A DNA stretch of 63,707 nucleotides, the filler included, from Octopus bimaculoides (Eukaryota), in NCBI RefSeq assembly GCF_001194135.2. It is 5 parts of 5 records of this genome, joined end to end, with 100 filler letters (N's around TTAATTAATTAA, not from the genome) between each part and the next. Parts side by side here need not be neighbours in the genome. Positions count along the whole stretch, not along the records: positions 61,193 to 63,707 come from NC_068989.1; 4 more parts are not named here. One strand, given 5' to 3'. Of the stretch, positions 61,400 to 63,707 are shown piece by piece. Below the pieces are notes generated by a model, which was not told the DNA's origin, ran no database searches, and worked only from the letters and a program-made list of their open reading frames with translations. The position numbers and the translations under genes were made by a program. Within the stretch, counting starts at the first letter, position 1, and each line of letters opens with the position of its first letter.

Positions 61400-62040
61400 T
61401 ACAGTCTGGGTTAGGGCTGTTATGTGGTAATATAGTGTGACGACCCCCGGAAGAATGAAAGGCAAAATTGACATCAGCTGGGTTTGAACTCTGATCGATA
61501 AGAGCCGTAACTAAATACAGTAGAAATAGCAACGTCACATATGACAATGATGCGAACAACCATAACAACAACAACATAGCAACAACAACACCAATAACAA
61601 CACCAATAATAATGATTTCAAATTTTGGCACAAAGCCAGTAAGTTCGGAGGAAGGGTAAGTCGATTATTTTATCGACTCTGAAAGGATGAAAGGCAAAGT
61701 CAACCTCAGCGGAATTTGAACTCAGAACATGAAGACGGACGAAATACCGATAAGCTCTTTTTCCGGAATGTGCTAGCTATTCTGCTAGCTCGCGTCCTTA
61801 ACAACACCTATAATAATCGTTTCTACTAAAGGCACAAGCCCTGAAATTTGGGGGGAGGGGAGGGGATACATCAATTACATCGACCCCAGTACTCAACTGG
61901 TACTTAATATATCGACCCCCGAACGGATGAAAAGCAAAGTTGACCTCGGCATGATATGAATTCAGAACCTCAAAACGGACGAAATATCGCTAAACATTTT
62001 GCCCAGCATGCTAATGATTCTGCCAGTTCGCCACCTTAAC
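61400..62040 (-). mobile_element. Cluster of three SINE family A copies in tandem
   Basis: Repeated GAATGAAAGGCAAA.TTGAC...GAATTTGAACTCAGAAC units near 61440-61520, 61615-61800 and 61820-62040. Confidence 0.8.
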
Positions 62041-63517
62041 AACAGCAGTAATAAAAAACAAAACAAACAACAACACGATCATCAACACCAACCGCAACAC
62101 CATTAGCAACTGCAGCAATACCAACAGCAACAGCAACAACAACAAGTACAAAAGCAATAACAATAATAGCAACAACATTAAAAGCCACGATATTAACAAT
62201 AGCAACACCCACAATATCAACACCACCAACAACAATAAGTTCTATTCAATCTATCTGACTCATGTATCAGCACCTCATGTTGATATATAATAACCTGTTG
62301 TTCTATGGACCACTTTCTTTTCTCTACTTATATTTCGGTGTATCATGACCCATTGAAACAGAACCTAGTCGAGTGGGTGTGTTAATAAACTTGAAATCCA
62401 TAGTTAATTTTTTTCAGTCCTACTGCAAGTGTGTCACCCGCATGTCATTAGACAATACACTGTCATTTACATACCTCAATTCAGTTAAATGCCGGGAGTA
62501 TGTAAGATACTATGGGAAATAATTAACTTCTTGATCGTCTTCTTCAGGATTATGTTAGTTAATTCTCATCTCAAAGCTAAAGAAGACAAAAGGAAATAAA
62601 TGACCTTAAGGAGCCTTCTTATTTCTCCTGACGACCAGTCACTTAACGCTCTGCAGTCAGGTCCAAACATAGCTAGCTGCTGGTGTTTAACCCCAGGTTA
62701 GTTTCGATTGGACAGACCTTATAATGTAAAAAATAAGTAAGGTTTTCTTCTTGTGTCGCACCGACTCGTAAGGGCAAGTTTCCTGGTTCCCACGGCGTAT
62801 AAATTCCGCACCTGGACGAGACGCCGATCCGTCACAGGATTACTCATTTTTGCCAGTGGGGTTACCTGTGGGGGTTACATTTAATACGTTACCTGTTTTA
62901 ACGCTACAACCTAGCTCCTTGAATGTCTTTAACAGAGTTCATTCTATTACAAGTATTCCAGACATGTCTATGCTGTAAAGATACCTTCTTCCCTCGTTTC
63001 ACTCCATTCACCAGTCTCGAAAGCTCTGTGAAATGTCATGGACAGTGTCTTCTATCATGATTGAAAAACAAATAAATACATAAAAATATAAAGCATAAAT
63101 AGATAAAATAAAATCAGTGCTCCTCATCTCTCCTTGCGAGGAAACCAGTCTGTAATGGGCTGGCATCCTATCCTATGGGAGATAATTTATCTCTCATCAG
63201 AAGAATACTGATATTGTATATTACAATAAACATAGAGAAGAAAAGTACCAATCTCTAAAGCATCATTAATTTTAGGAAATAGATGAACGAGCTTAACTAG
63301 GGAAACTCTAAATTAATTTGAAGAGAAAGAATTTATTTAGAAATATGTGTGGATGGACGCAAATGAAACGCAGTTTAGGCAACAGAAAAGCTGGACATGG
63401 AATATACAATATCTTGACTGCCAAATCGATTGTGTAGCAGAGACGAGACTGAGTTCCAACTTTATCCTCATTTACTACAGGTCTTTCATATTTTTTTTAT
63501 CATATTTTCTTATTATA

Positions 63518-63707
63518 GGCGCAGGAGTGGCTGTGTAGTAAGTAGCTTGCTTACCAACCATATAGTTCTGGGTCCAGTCCCACTGCGTGGCACCTTAGGC
63601 AAGTGTCTTCTACTATAGCTTCGGGCCGACCAAAGCCTTGTGAGTGGATTTGGTAGACGGAAACTGAAAGAAGCCTGTCGTATATATGTATATATATATA
63701 TATATAT
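63518..63707 (+). mobile_element. SINE family B 5' half, running off the window end
   Basis: GGCGCAGGAGTGGCTGTGTAGTAAGTAGCTTGCTTACCAACC...GGGTCCAGTCCCACTGCGTGGCACCTTAGGCAAGTGTCTTCTACTATAGC...GGAAACTGAAAGAAGCCTGTCGTATATAT. Confidence 0.9.

Overview
Repeat-dense, gap-rich eukaryotic genomic DNA, probably intronic or intergenic. The SINE families and the microsatellite load suggest an octopod cephalopod (Octopus); this is my recognition, not a database result. I found no convincing host protein-coding exon: most listed ORFs are microsatellite or N-gap translations. All recognisable coding sequence is decayed transposon: an RTE-like LINE RT (about 0.15-1.3 kb, -), a Penelope-like RT (1.45-2.1 kb, +), a Tc1/mariner transposase (14.0-14.7 kb, -), a hAT transposase C-terminus (21.5-21.8 kb, +), an RTE 3' end (28.4-29.2 kb, -), a Helitron Rep (35.85-37.76 kb, +) whose direct continuation lies inverted at 33.5-33.77 kb, and an L1/Tx1-like 3' end (45.4-46.1 kb, -). 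There are many tRNA-derived SINEs, MITEs and a probable LTR. The main finding is two families of short non-coding elements carrying minimal type-I hammerhead ribozyme folds of the Penelope-associated kind. One family has a Pol III tRNA head, a (TAA)n spacer and the hammerhead, and forms a head-to-head inverted pair at 6.7-7.25 kb. The other sits in (TA)n tracts and has core position-6 variants. Other notable items are a SINE dimer flanked by one TSD, a SINE with a 47-bp flanking duplication, and the split, inverted Helitron. Assembly artefacts include TTAATTAATTAA spacers, gap-flanking duplications and an Illumina adapter remnant.
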